Source: Saccostrea echinata (Eukaryota). From it: 64,000 bases of DNA. Made by a program: the position numbers and the translations under genes. The stretch lies in NCBI RefSeq assembly GCF_033153115.1, contig NW_026889778.1:33852001-33916000 (forward strand). Direction: 5' to 3'. This document shows, in pieces, positions 1-14,156 of the stretch (positions within the stretch are counted from its first letter, which is position 1; every line of letters starts with the position of its first letter). A model generated the notes under the pieces. That model was not told the DNA's origin and did not search any database. It worked only from the letters and a program-made list of their open reading frames with translations.

Positions 1-777
1 TGATTCTGAATCTTGCATGCCTCGTTCCCCCAGTATTATACACATCTTTTTAAAGAGGGGGTTGTATATTATTGCAGCTACATATTGATATTTACATCCA
101 CTGAATATTATTTTCTTTATTTCATATGAAAACCATTGTCGTTTATCAGACAGTAAACACCCCTAAGCAAGCTTCTTGAGCAGCGGCTCTTCCATCAATT
201 ATGCATACAAAGACATACACATCTAAAATAAGATATTTAATATATTTAATTTTAATTGTTTTGTTTTTCTACAGATCTAAATATAAACAAATAAAATGCC
301 TTTCTTTGTTTGTTAGTACGGGAATTAACGTTGCAGCTATTGCGGGAAAAAATACATAACCTGCGTAAGCGTTTTATGTTTTTTTTTCTGCAACAGCTGC
401 GACATGCATTTATTCCTATACTAACAACCAAAGAAAGTATTTTATTGTTTAAATGAATAAACCCAGGGAAAGTTGTTGTAAATGAGACACAGAAGTCGAT
501 GTCCACAAAGAAATAAAAAGAATTCTTTGAGTCTCAAAATGGGCGGGGCAGGGGGGAGGCATGGGTATATACGGGTGAGTTAGGGAAGTGAGCACAATTA
601 TAGATAAGATGATGTAAGGGAATACTAATGATGTCGAAAATCTTCATAACTGAAAGTGAGGTAGGGATCTTCATTAGCATTTTTAACTATTTTCCTTAAT
701 ATTTACACGGTTCTTGACGAACAGATCGGAGGGATGATCCCCTCCTAATTTGACATTGTAGATAAAAGGGTTTATTC

Positions 778-1165
778 ATTTTTAGCAAATCCGAGCCGAA
801 GGCTCACCTAAGCTTTTCTGATCAAAATTTGTCCTTTGTCTGTCATTGTTGTTGTTGTCGTCGTAAATTTTTACAATGTCTTCTTCTTTAGAACCACCAA
901 TTTCAACCAAACTTGGCACAGACTATCATTAAGTAAAGGGGATTCAAGTTTATTCAAATGTAATACCACACCCTCTCCCAAGGGAAGATAATTAAGAAAT
1001 AGTAAGAACTGGGTGGGGTCATTTAAAAATCTTCTCAAGAACAACTTCGTCAAAGAAGAGGAAACTTACATGGCAGGTTCTTGTCATAGTGTTGATTCAA
1101 GTTTGTTCAAAGCGTGACCCCTGGTGGTAGGGTTGGGCCACTATGTGTGAACAAATTTTTATATG
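778..1165 (+). mobile_element. HINE-like element with satellite-type central repeats (also 39845-40232), running into an assembly gap
   Basis: tttttagc..gagccgaaggctc hairpin, (GTT/GTC)n, repeated ttcttctc..agaacc..ggccaatttcaaccaaacttggcaca. Absent at the homologous site in copy C (~48010). Confidence 0.7.
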
Positions 1166-1661
1166 NNNNNNNNNNNNNNNNNNNNNNNNNNNNNNNNNNN
1201 NNNNNNNNNNNNNNNNNNNNNNNNNNNNNNNNNNNNNNNNNNNNNNNNNNNNNNNNNNNNNNNNNNNNNNNNNNNNNNNNNNNNNNNNNNNNNNNNNNNN
1301 NNNNNNNNNNNNNNNNNNGAATAAGACAATGTACGTTTTACTGCTTGTCGTAATTAATTAGCGATAATTAATTCGTTCAATTATGTAAATCGCACTTCAC
1401 CATAGTTCACCCGATAGACCGGACGCAATTCATAGCGCTCCGGATTTCTTTGTTCAAGACTGCTTATTAACTTGAAATTAAACATGTAACACTGTAAATA
1501 TTTAGTGTTTGGTAGTTTAGTAGTAGTGCTAGTTGTTTTTGTTTCTCTATTTCCTTTGTTTTTATGACTTCTTAACTTTTTCTTTGTCCTGAGGAAGGGG
1601 CAGGTCGTCCCGAAAATTTGACGATTATTATTGTCCGTGTCGTTGGTCATTTTTAGTGCTT

Positions 1662-1715
<54 letters not shown>

Positions 1716-2209
1716 TATAGATATAGATAATATGTAAAATTGTGTTCCATTTCATTGCAAAAGTTAAAAAATCAATTTAATCAATTATATGCCAACAACC
1801 TGATCAATATGAATAAACAAGCAATATAACCTACAAATACTGAATCTATTTAATACATATGCCAGAAACATGCATACATGTACTCATTTAGCTATAGTAC
1901 ATGTATATATCTACATGTACTGCAATAATATGAGACACCAGCTAGTTTATATGAATTATGGTGCTATTATTGAAAAAAAGGAATCAAGAATAGAAGATGA
2001 TTTAAAAAGAGAAAGAAAAGTAACATTTATCCNNNNNNNNNNNNNNNNNNNNNNNNNNNNNNNNNNNNNNNNNNNNNNNNNNNNNNNNNNNNNNNNNNNN
2101 NNNNNNNNNNNNNNNNNNNNNNNNNNNNNNNNNNNNNNNNNNNNNNNNNNNNNNNNNNNNNNNNNNNNNNNNNNNNNNNNNNNNNNNNNNNNNNNNNNNN
2201 NNNNNNNNN
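1166..2209. other. Assembly gaps (1166-1318, 2033-2209; also 40233-40374 and 57027-57206)
   Basis: N runs. Confidence 0.99.
1664..1727. repeat. (TA)n microsatellite
   Basis: Direct reading of the sequence. Confidence 0.95.
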
Positions 2210-3851
2210 ATGGTTCATTAGTCTTTACGGATTTTTCCGTATGGCAGCAAATAAATAATGAATAAGCACCCAAGATTAAAGTTAGTATGAATATTTCTGA
2301 ATACACAAACCTAAAAATGCTGCATTTTTCAAATCAAAAAAGATTAGTCAATGCCCTCTTATTTGTATCCATAAATTTTGAAAGAGATTAAATCAAGAGC
2401 ATTTTAAAAAAGGGACATTCCATATATTTGTATGTTTATCTTTTTTTCAATTTTGACTTGTAAACAGAAAGCAAGTTTTTCAAAAACTCCAGAAATGAAG
2501 CATGTATGACATATGAAGAACATGGTTTTTCTCGCTTATCATTTTAACATTTATGGGATTAAAAATGAGAAAGCAATTATATTAGCAAATTAAATTATTA
2601 ATTTTATTCAAGTTTGTCCTCACAAATTAAAAATGTTATGCTGGGAAACGGACAACCAATAATATGAATATTGTACACATTCCCGACAATTCCTTTGATT
2701 CCTATTAATCAAGAATTTCCTACATTTAATTGTTAGCTATCTAAATTTCAAGGCTTATTACATTTCAACAGTTGAATACTGTAATTATTTTCATTACAAT
2801 TTATAGATTTTAAGCGCGTGCGTGTGTTTTTTTCTCATCCTCCTCAAGTTTTCCTCTCACGCTAGAATCGAGCAGATGAAATAAATTTTACTGCTGTTGA
2901 TTATTTAGGATAGTATGATTGGATTTTTCGGATTACATTTCATAAATGATTATATTTGAATAAGGAAAATTGCATTTTAATATCTATGTCCAGACTAAGG
3001 AAGTTGTTTTCTCTTTTGAGGAAAAATAATTAAGACAAACTCATCAAAACATTACAAAACGGCACAGATAGAGTTTTGTATGCAGATGTTCTGCCATATT
3101 GAATAACTACTTCATAATACACTTACATCTCTTTGATATGGGGCGTTCTTGCTTTCTTTTCTTTGTCCATCATTCTACGTCTGAAAAAGACAAAAATAGA
3201 ATAAAAATAGACATCAATCATTTTATTCTTTTAAAGCAATATGCAGAATGCCTGTTTGAACACAGCAAAAAAAAAAAAAAAAAAATTACTGCAAGATTTT
3301 TAACATTGCGATAAGTCTCACGCAGGTGCAAAAGTGCATACAATTAAGAGGAATGAATAGCAATTGATGAGAAAACAAATGAAAAAATCATTATAGTGAG
3401 TAAATCAATTTATTGTATCATGATAAATATAGACAAAATATACATATTAGTTTCATTGAGATGATATGAAGACAGAATTTATAAAGAGGCACAGCATGCT
3501 CTTTTTTCGCGTTAATTGAGTTACAATGTACATGTAATACAAAACTGTTCAGATATACATATATAAGGACAAGCAGAAAAACCAGAAAGCAAAGTATATC
3601 TTAGAACATTGTAAAGTATAATTATATATTTCTTTTGGATTTCTACTAGTAGATATACATGAAAGTCTTAGTATATAAAATCAAACGGTAATTTCTGAAA
3701 CTGGAATAGTTTTAAAGTTAAAAAAAATATCATAGTTCAAACGTTGCCAAATTGAACTTCGGTTATTTTGCCGCGTAAAAATCACCTGCTAACGCATTAA
3801 TTTGATAGTAGACATTAGCTTGACTTCACTACAGCGCTGTTCCACGACGAA

Positions 3852-4388
3852 TGTAAACCTATAGGGTTTGAGACAATGATTTTAATCAAAAAATAAACAT
3901 ATTAAACTATTTACAATGTACTTATTATAGAGTGCATTGACCTATAATCCAATCGGGATATGAAAGTGTAAGACTTTTGCGTAATAATAAAGAAACCTGG
4001 TAATCGGATGAAGGACAATGTAAGCTACCAGGATGTTTATCTATCTTGGGAAGTCGATACAGGAACAGTAATGGAACATTGCTAAAGTTATCTTAACATT
4101 ATATTAACTTTTGCACAATATTGGGACGTCGGACTGAAGCTTATTAAAGTTTATGTTTCAATTACAATTTATTTTATAAAATTCCAGGATTTTGTATAAA
4201 TTTATTGAATAACTTGTTTACTTGAATCTGATTTGTCTATTTCATATGTAAATGAGTATTATGCATTGTACAGTATAAAATACGATCTACGAAGCTCTTC
4301 GAGAGAGCCACTAAACGATCATCTGTACGACCTATCACTTTCTGTAATTAAACTTCTTGAAAAAGACTATTGGTCTCATTGGCTTACA
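3852..4388. mobile_element. Solo LTR (537 bp), probably Gypsy-type
   Basis: TGTAA...TTACA termini with a 4-bp TSD cgaa (3848-3851, 4389-4392). Copy B has the empty site cacgacgaatcc near 43115. Internal TATAAAA (~4275) and ATTAAA (~4347). Confidence 0.8.
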
Positions 4389-4607
4389 CGAATCCTATTC
4401 TGAACAATTGAGAAAAACTGCTGTGTTAATTTGTCCACTCTTTTGTCTCATTTGGTGAGGGATATTAATCTTAATTTTTTTTTTTTTACTTTTAACAGCA
4501 AATAAGTGCAGAATAATAAGTTGATCAAAAATAGTTTTAGTGTCATCATTATAAAACTCGAGATTAGTGAATTGGTTTGTATTAAGCCTGGACTTTTATG
4601 TAGACTA

Positions 4608-6885
4608 CTAGACTTTGACCCGTGCGTGCACGGGTTGACATTGTTATGAATGCATCCATGTGCATATCGGACATTTACCAAGGGTATCCTAAGTAGGAAA
4701 GTAGGAACTTGAAAGTACTTCTTGCTGCAATAATGAAGCCTTTTCATGGGGGTGGTGGTGGTGGTGGTGGTGGTGGTGGGGGGGGGGTTACAACTAATCA
4801 GAAACATTTCAAAATAAATATTTTGATGTAATTATTCAGAGCATATATTATTCAGCATACTTATTCAAAATATTTAGTAAAGTCTGAGTTTACCGCAAAC
4901 TTTAAAGTTTACTGACCTTGACCGATTTTATTTTGGGACAGCCAATGAGAATTTGGGAGCGGATCTTGAACTGAATATGGGAATTTTTCTTACTTCATAC
5001 GTAAATAATGCAGCAAAAATAAAATACATACCTCATAAACATTTATATATCTGTTTAGTGATAACAAAAGTTAATCTACTGCAGTATTAAACGTTTGCAA
5101 TCAAAGTCATTACATCACCTGAGAACTGTCATGGCTGCTGAAGAAGACAACTTGTTTTCACGCTGGTGTATTTTTTCTTGTGGCGATTTAATAAAACGTT
5201 AGTTTGTTTGCTACGATTAAATATAATTCATTTCATCAATGAATAAATATTTTTTTATGATCTTAATTTTGTCCCACCTCATAGTTTTGAGATTTACTAT
5301 GCATGGATTATATTTCAAATGATCGATATTTCAGCAGCATTGATAGAATGAACTGTACGGGCCTCAAGGGCTGACTTCAGACTACCTATTATTAAAAGCG
5401 TAGTTATCACGACAACCTTTACATATTTAGAAGAACAGTTAGGGTGTCCCTTCTATATAACGTACTGAAGATCAATAATAATTTACATATTTAACTTTTT
5501 TTTTGAAAGTTAAAGAAATTTTTGGAGGTGAATTTAAATATAAACAATAAAATGCTTTCTTTGATGGTTCACGTGGGAAATGCTTGGCGCAAACATTGCA
5601 GAAAAAAATTACATAATCCGCTAATACGGGTTACATGTGTTTTTTTTTTCTGCAATGCTACTTTTATGCTAGTGTCATGCATATCTCACATGAACCACTT
5701 AAGAAAGCATTTTATTATTTAAATAACAGCTACGAATGCATGATACATATGCAAGGACATACACGCGGACAAACAGGCAGGACAATAAACACAAAGGCAT
5801 ACATAAAAGACAGGGGTACGTGTTGTTGACAACATGGCTATAGGATTTGACTGGTTATACCTGGGCCCCAGGTAACTCAGGGGGTGTTCACAGTACTGTT
5901 GACAGACCAGGGTCAGAGGTCATTACACAGTGTTACATGTATTTACATAACAAACCTATAAGCCTACAATAATGCTATTAATTTCACTACACTCTCGTAA
6001 GAAATATAATGTGAATTTTTTGCATGGAATCAAATATTTCTTTGCCCTTAGTTTATGTTTCATATTTACCGCGTTATAAATCTCAGCAGTGAAGGTAATA
6101 GTAAACATGGCGAACAAATTCAAGTTGCAATCATTTAGACACATTTCAAATTGAAAATATTGGTTATATTGACGTTATTTGATTATTTCGATTTATTTCA
6201 AAGTTAAGAAATGGAAATAATGTTATTGTAATTTTTGGCGGAAAAAGATTGCCTACTTCACTAAGATGTGATTCTAGCTGGAGTTGTAACACCCCCACCC
6301 CCACCCCTTCCCCTCAAAAAAGCATCAAAGAAAGGAAGAATAAAATAAAATCGGGTAGTTACATTATATTGTTCCTACGATCATGAGATTTTTGCCTCCG
6401 TTGAGATGGCCAGAGACATGAATTACATGTAATAAATGTGTCTCCGTGATGGCGAATGATTATGCACGTAGCCACAATATCACATTTGCATGGATAAACT
6501 CAGAAACGATAAATAAATACAAAAACGTGTAAATTTTCATTGGAAATTTGCTATGTATTCTCTTCAAATATATTTATGATTTCTTATTAGAGAAATTATT
6601 AAATAAAAAATATATATCTACTTAATATTTTTGTGATTTAGCGTGAATGTAATGCGCACGCGCAAGATTGTAAAATCCAAAAAATCCAGATGATTTCCGG
6701 AATTTTTTGTGGAATTTTCGTTGATTATTAAATAGCGAAGCTGAATTGAGAAAAATATAAACAAATTGGTAATCTTCAAGTACCAATGATGTTTAAAATA
6801 TATAAAACAAAAGACAGTACTCTTCCGATTTATCGGTATTAAAGGCCAAAAATTTGAGTCTATAATTTTAATATAGTAGTATAGA
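4608..6885 (-). mobile_element. Non-autonomous Helitron (2.28 kb)
   Basis: The minus strand starts TCTATACTACTATATT and ends with the hairpin CCCGTGCACGCACGGG followed by TCAAAGTCTAG. Inserted between A and T with no TSD. Empty site gacta|tcaaagg in copy B (~43325). Confidence 0.85.
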
Positions 6886-7119
6886 TTAAAGGTGACAAAT
6901 GGATCTCCAGTGTTTGTGGTTTTTGTAGTAGAATACCTTTTGTTAGTGTATACTTTAACATCATTTTTCAGTTCCTGGCTTTTTCGGGGGGAGTTGGGGA
7001 GGAAAAGTAAAGTCTTTCTGAATTATTTGCCTCTTTTAAAATCAGTATTTTTTTTTCAGCAAGAAAAAACAGAATTCCGTCCTGTAGTTGTTACAAAATC
7101 TGTTCTACAAACTTTATCT

Positions 7120-7175
7120 CATCCTCACAATGTCAAGGTTTCGTGATTTCGTAACTCCACAACATTGTGAGGATG
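7120..7175. mobile_element. 56-bp micro-MITE, Mutator-like
   Basis: Perfect 14-bp TIR catcctcacaatgt/acattgtgaggatg and 9-bp TSD actttatct (7111-7119, 7176-7184). Copy B has a single actttatct (~43639). Confidence 0.85.
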
Positions 7176-7225
7176 ACTTTATCTAGATCAGAGGTTTACA
7201 TTCTTAAGTGGCTAAAACCTTTGAC

Positions 7226-7620
7226 ATATCAGTTCTTAAGAGCCTTACTGCCTGATGTCAACATCACACAATGTCCTAAATGTAACAAGGTAATATATCA
7301 ATATTCTACATGTAATAAAAAGTAACAGATATCAGTTATTCAGATTCCTACTGCCTGATGTCAACATCACACAATGTCCTAAATGTAACAAGGTAATACA
7401 TCAATATTCTACATGTAATAAAAAGTAACAGATATCAGTTATTCAGATCCCTACTGCCTGTGGTTACCATCAATGTTCTAAATGCAACAAGGTAATATAT
7501 CACTCCAAAATGTAATAAAATGTAACAGATATCAGTTCTTCATATCTTTTCTGCTCGATGTCACCATCACATCAATGTTCTAAATGTAATTAGGTAATAC
7601 GTCACTGTTCTTAATGTGAT
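7226..7620 (+). repeat. Minisatellite, ~100-bp unit x ~4 (paralogous array at ~43688-44100)
   Basis: Repeated gatatcagtt...ctgcctgatgtcaccatcacacaatgtcctaaatgtaacaaggtaatatatcaatattct...gtaataaaaagtaaca. Confidence 0.85.
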
Positions 7621-7789
7621 ATGTAAAATCATTACACGATTTGCATGTAGCAAATAATGTTTTTAGTCAAAACTATGATTCAAATTTGATAAAGTATTAC
7701 CAGAATTAGGTAACTGTAACTCACTATCTCAAGCGTAATAAGATGTTACATTGTAACAGGAAAGACAGTCTTAATTGAAACAAGTTTAA

Positions 7790-8298
7790 GGTATCCGATC
7801 CATAAAAGGACATAATTTTCTAACCTTAAATATTCATCCTGTATTAAATACTTGAAAATTAATTCAAAGCATTTTAGAGTAGAAAAGGATTTACCAGGAG
7901 AAATTTTCAAAAATATAATTACCTAAGCAGTAATTAATTAATGAAGAATGCATTGAGGTCTATGGGGACAAGCAAATTTTTGAAAATAAAAAATTAAATA
8001 CTAAGAATATCAAAAAATGCTTTGGTGGGAAGATGTATTTAATTATTAGGAATAGAAACCGATTGAAAACTATAATTTTTTACCAGATAGATTATTTTAT
8101 AATTGATTTTTATTGATTAAAAGCAAAGCGGGATAACTCTTCAAGGGCAGGACAAGGTCAAAAGTTAGGATACATTCCGCTCTTACATATTGATACTAAA
8201 ACATGAAGATTATGTCTACATATACTGAGTATTCAGCCAATATATATCTGTTATGCATTCAGATTCATTGAATCTGAGGCTATTATGGATCGGATATC
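7790..8298. mobile_element. 509-bp MITE with TTAA target site (Kolobok/piggyBac-type), copy 1
   Basis: TIR GGTATCCGATCCATAA / TTATGGATCGGATA(T/C)C flanked by TTAA. Near-identical to 27247-27755 and absent from copy B. Confidence 0.85.
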
Positions 8299-10636
8299 TT
8301 AATTAAAGTTACCATTGTTACACTGATCTAAATGCAATACATGTAATGCCATTGGATTATAAGTCAGATTTTATTGCTGAGAACTTGATTTTATGTGATT
8401 TTGCAAGATTCTTTTGAGGCTAAAAATGGAGTTCTTGTGAATAATAACGAGAGGTAACTCGTATTATGATGTAGAAGATACACATATGCAACATATTATA
8501 TAATGCTACACTGAATTAATGTGGTACATAAAAAATGCACTAGTACTTTCTGATTTTTATGTAAAGATGTATTTTCAAACCAACAAAAAATTCCAGCAGT
8601 TTTCTATTCTCTGTGAGAGTGTTGTGTTGATGTTACTCAGTAGATGTGAATTGTTCTGTTTTCAGTTGTTCCACACAAATGACTTTGAACTCCAATATCT
8701 ACTGTCCATTCTGTAGGAGCACCTTGGATGACTGAAAAATTGTTCAACAAAAAAAAGGATCATAATCCATTTTATGAGAAAAAAGAACTAGTGATCACAA
8801 ATCATGATCTAAACCAAGAAAGAAATCTCTGTATCAAAGTCCTGGTATTGCATCAAGTGTAGTATATGCATCTTTTTGAATTTCCCATTCAGTTTTAATG
8901 GCAAGCTGTTCAGATTTCCTCTTATACAAGTCTTGGCAAATCCTGTGATGCTGTTTCTTTAATGTCTTTGTTTTGAGTAATTCCATGAATTCTTTAATTG
9001 ATATTTATATTTAAGTGTGATGAAAGGATTTTGTAAATTATATATTTTTGTAAAATTCACAGAATGTGAAAAAAATAGCATTCTTAGTAACTTATTTCTA
9101 CTGTAAAATTAAATGTTGTACAATGTTAATATGATCCGAAAACAAAAAGAAATAAAAGATTAAAAACTTTTAGATTAATCAAATTTTATCCACTGATGCT
9201 AGAAAGAGTGCCTTTATTGAAGAAAAGGTATTTCTAGAAAGGTGACAAGAGGAGTAATCAGACCAATGCTTACAATATTTAAAAAAAAAAGGGGGGGGGG
9301 TGAAAGTGATGATAGATTAATTTTTTTTCCAAGTGAAAGACTGAAAGTAATTGTTTTACTGGAAATATTTAGACGTGATTCCTTATAAAGTAACAAGTAT
9401 TTAACAAGCATTGCCCAAGTCTTTCAATGAATTTAAATATATATATATCAAACCTTGAATACTATTGTTGTATTTTTGACCAAAATAAAATGGGGACTAA
9501 ACACTCTGTCTAAAATTAACATTTTAATATTGATTATGTCGGAAAGTATTTAACATGGCCATAGGAACGGGGGGGGGGGGGGGTCCTGTGGCCTATAAAA
9601 CTGAAATTGCTTTCTATGTTCCTGTTTAATATTTTAGTTCACACACAAATTTTACTTGTAGAAGTAAAATATACCAATTGTAGTACGTTTCAGATTGATT
9701 TGTCAAAATTTTAAAGAGTTGTGGCATTTTAAAAAAGATTTCATTGTAAATAACGTCTTTAACAGAGAAACTTTAGATATTGATACTTGATACAAAGGTC
9801 ATTTGGACAAGATTAAGGTCACAGGGTAAATGTTAATATTAAATTTAAAAAAGTAAATATTGATAATGCTACAATTTTAAAATGGAGAAACATTAGAAAC
9901 ACAGGTTTCTTCTAACCATGCTAACTGCGGTCGAAGATCAAGGTTTTGTGTTTTGGAAGATCGTTTTAATTCACTTGCCTGCTGTTTAGGTATAATAAGT
10001 ATTTTGAATGTTTTTTTCAAATTTTCAAATATATGTCAAATTTAAGTTGCAAATGAAGAAGTAACATGATGTGTTTGTGAAGCACTGATGCCCCCGTAAG
10101 GCAGCTCAAGGCAAGGGTTAAAGTTGTTCAAATGTAGGTCAAACTCCAAGGTCAAGATTTCAACAAGCTAATTCAGAGAATTTGTGTCCCCCGCTTGGGG
10201 AAAAAAGAAGAGCATGCGCAGTTCGGGGTGTGTATGTGTCGGACTCCCCCCCCCCCCCCGGATTTGTAGAATTATTAAATGTATAGATGTATATTGAAGC
10301 CAATAAAAAGTGCCAATATGGATGTAAAGACTTAATTGCTTATTCTATAGAAGATTCTTTTTATATAGAATATTCATCAGACTGTAATGATGATTTTATG
10401 AGTTTGTACAAGCCAGATGTCATAACCTTTTCATTTCACTTGCTGAATACTATTATTTAGTAAATAAAAAAAAATATCCAAAAAAAAAAAAAAAAAAAAT
10501 TGTGCGGGATTAGAACCCGGGACCTCTCACATGTTAATCGAGATATCGCCCGGAAACGAAAGTATTACACACAGACGGAATGTATAAATTTACGACCTTG
10601 AACTTTGACCTTTTTACCTCAAAATCAGTAGGGGTC

Positions 10637-13600
10637 AAGTGTGATATAGTAGTGATAACTGAACATAAGTTACCACCAAGATATGCCAAGTACATAGACA
10701 GTTTATATTACAATTATTATGCAATTAATAAGTGTGAACCCCAATTAAGTAATGAATTACATAGAAAAGCAGGTGTCGCAATATTACCGAAAAAGTCTTT
10801 TATGTTTGGTGTGAAAGAGATATCAACTGAATCATCAAGAATCATTGCTTTAGAATGTAGGACAAATACCAATGAGAGAAATATAAATTGTGGGAGCATA
10901 TCTCCCAGAGGAAAATTATATTGAAATGTACAGAGATGAACTTTCAAAATTACAGAATTTTTACGATTGCTACTCAAGGTAAGGGCATGTTATATTAGCT
11001 GGTGACTTTAATGCTAGTTGCTTAGAAATAGATGATGGAAGTTGTAATTTTTACAAATCAAAAGCACTAAGGGATTTCGTAAGGCGAAATAACCTTAATT
11101 TTTTGTTGGGTAGCATACAAAAAGTACACATTTACGGTTACCCAGACCATGTTAGATTACATTTTTTCAGATGCTTATATGTACATGTGTTTCAGATCCT
11201 ATGAAATCCTTGATGAAGGGGCATTCTCAAGTACGTCTGACCACCTCCCCATTATATAAGTATTTAATATACAGAGTAACCAACACCATCTTACTGATAT
11301 TAAAAGCAAATCACTAGCTTAGCACAAAATTTCTAACGATTCTATACTGTCGTACCAAACTGAAGTTTGTCGTCAGCTAGAGATAGGAAATAAAGAACCA
11401 GAAACTCTTTCAGAAATAAATGAACTCTATGGATCCATTGTTAAATGCCTAATTTCAAGCGCAGATACTGTTATTCCTAGATCTAAATTTAACCCCCATG
11501 GTAAACCATACTGGACGAAAGAAGTGAAAGAGACCCATGCGCAGGAAAGGAGTATGAGAAACATTTGGATTGAGGAGGGAAGACCTAGAGGGATGCATTA
11601 TCAAGCGTATTTCAACTATAAACGTGCCAAAAGGCATTTTCGGAAATGCCAGACATTTGCTTTTCGAACAGTATATCAAAAACACTTATACTGACATTGA
11701 CCAAGCAGCTAGGTGTGATACACGACTATTTTGGAAACTGATAAGTAGAAAAAAAACCCGACGCGATAAGATTTATCCAGAGATAATATACAAAGGAATA
11801 ACTGCAACTACACCCGAAGCGGTAGCTGATGTTTTTGCAGCATATTACTTAGACATTTACACTCCCCACAGTGATAGATGAAGATGAAAACAAAATACAG
11901 GTGGATACAGAGTATGGAAATATCAAATATGATAATTAAATGATGTACGTCTTGAGTTCGAAATCTTGGAATCAGAAATATCTCAAGCTACCTGTGTACT
12001 AATGCCCTTAAATTGCGCAAGGCGCCGGGTGATTCAAGTAGAACATCTAAAATATGGCGGTGTCGCAGTTACGCATCAACTCTGCAGACTATTTAATGGT
12101 ATCCTGAAGGTCGGACGGATTCCTACAGAATGGAAAAGGGGTATCGTAGTTCCTATTTACAAGGGGGATAACAAGGCAAAAAAACTCTCCAGATAGCTAC
12201 CGACCGGTGTCTCTACTGTCGTGTTTGTTAAAACTATTTGAAAAAAATATTATATAATAGAATAACAGAAATTAGTCTCAGTAAAATCAAATTTCCAAAC
12301 CCCCAACAGCAGGGATTTCAGAGGGATCTGAGCTGCATTACGGCAGGTTTTAACTTACAAGAAACAATTGGGCATTTCAATGATCATGGCAACACTGTAT
12401 ACACTGCATTTTTAGATTGTAAAAAAGCACACGACACAGTTTGGAGAAAAGGTCTTATGGTAAAACTGCGTAAATTGGGTTTAAAGGGTAAAGTATGGGA
12501 AATTATAGATGACTGTCATTGTGAAACCGAAAGCTTAGTAGCTGTTAATGGGCACATGTCCCAATGTTTTGAAATAAAACAGGGTGTACGGCAGGGAGGT
12601 GTACTGTCTGGCTTTTTATATTGTGTTTTTATTAATGATTTATTGAATTCATTAGCGTGTGTAAATAAAAATTTCGGTGTATATAATGTAACATCAACAA
12701 ACCCAGCCTTAGCTGATGATGTAGCATGCTTAAGTTTAAGCCCGAACGGGTTACAAAAAATGTTGGACATAGCATATAAGTATTCTTGTTTATGGCGCTT
12801 TTCATTTAATGCGCAAAAATCATGTATTGTTGTTTATGGTAAGGGCAAGCCCACAACACAGCAAGTTTGGAAACTAGGTGGTGAAAACATTCCGTCGAGT
12901 GACAGCTATAAACATTTGGGAATCATCCAACATTGTTGATTTAAATCCAGTGGCCGAACAACAAATAGCTGTGCACAACAAAGGTAGAAAAGCATACTTT
13001 GCGATACGTAATGATCTGTCCAATAATACCAACCCTTTAACCCTTGTTAGTCTATACAGGAAAATTGTGTTACCTACTGTTTTATATGGATGCGAGCTGT
13101 GGAACAATTTAAAACAAACGGATTTACATCTCCAAAGTAACTTTCAGCATTTTATGACAAAAGATATTCAGCATCTTAAAATTTCTACCAGATCAGATAC
13201 GTGCAAACATCCCATTATCTCAGAAATAGACAAGCGAAAACTATTATTCTTTGGGAAACTGTGTAAATTAGACATTAACACTCTAAAAAAGCATCTTCTT
13301 GGCAAGATTATATGATTTCTTACAGAACAACAAGAAACATTTTTCTGGTTTTATGAAGGATTTGTTCGAAATATTGATGAAATACAATTTAATACAGTGC
13401 CTACAGCTGTTTACTGAAAACGGACAATTTCCCGAGAAAGGAACGTGGGAAATTATTGAAAAAAAGGCGATCCATCACTTCCAAACTGAGGCTTGGAAAA
13501 TCCGCACAGAAGCAGACCCCGACTTCAGAATGTTTAGAATCCTTCATAATATAGCGTTAAACCTATCAAAATTTGGAAATTTACCCTTTCGTTCGATGAT

Positions 13601-14156
13601 GTCCCATACATCAAATTTCTCGCCAAACTCTGGACTATCCCACCTTCGTCTACGGTACAAATATGTAGTTTATGTCAAAATGTGTATGATAATCTATTTC
13701 AGCATACTGTGTTGGGGTGCCCACTCACTAGTCATATCAGAAATGCTTTCTTTGACAACATAGTAAATAACTTTGACTTACACTTGTACGTAGAACTCTC
13801 ACAGTCAAGCAATGATGTGTTGTATTTAATGTTACTAGGAAGGCTCGAACCAACTTCTTTAACAGATATAAATGACATTAAAGAATTTATTTGTACAAGC
13901 TCAAAATTTATTTGTGGTGCCACTGCCTATTATGGCAAGGCTACTCAAAATGTTCAAAATGTCCACTAACAGTAGGATTATTTTTCCTTTTTCTCTCTAT
14001 TTTTTCTTTCTTTTCGTTTCTCTTTGACATGTATATATGTTATTTTCACCTGTCGTATTCATTTTCTATGATGTTCTTTATGCATTATAATATTTAATTT
14101 GTATGTATCGGAAATCTCCGAAAGGGGGAAATAAAGATTGAATGAATGAATGAATG
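10637..14156 (+). mobile_element. Degenerate LINE ORF2 (APE endonuclease + RT + CCHC finger), RTE-X/CR1-group-like, with (TGAA)n tail
   Basis: EN motifs CDIVVITEHKL, IIAGDFNAS, TMLDYIF, SDHLPI. RT motifs YRPVSLLS, QQGFQ, FLDCKKAHDTVW, GVRQGGVLS, LADDVA, YKHLGI. C-terminal CSLC..QHTVLGC. Many frameshifts/stops. Ends AATAAA-GAT-(TGAA)n at ~14130-14156. Confidence 0.88.

Larger units (their letters stand above)
1..10054 (+). repeat. Segmental duplication copy A (homologous to 39079-45905; parts also to 47540-52680)
   Basis: Base 1 tgattctgaatc matches 39079. Colinear matches continue through 2210-3850, 4390-4607, 6886-7790 and 8350-10054, interrupted by copy-specific insertions. Confidence 0.92.

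Noticed and set aside
1114-2306. ORFs spanning N runs, and most other 60-130 aa ORFs in the track
   Set aside because: They are gap artefacts, antisense shadows of real CDSs, or chance ORFs in AT-rich repeats.
7226-7620. Tandem hammerhead ribozymes (ctgatg core)
   Set aside because: The core is CTGATGT rather than CTGATGA, and there is no correctly placed GAAA with flanking stems. Treated as a minisatellite.
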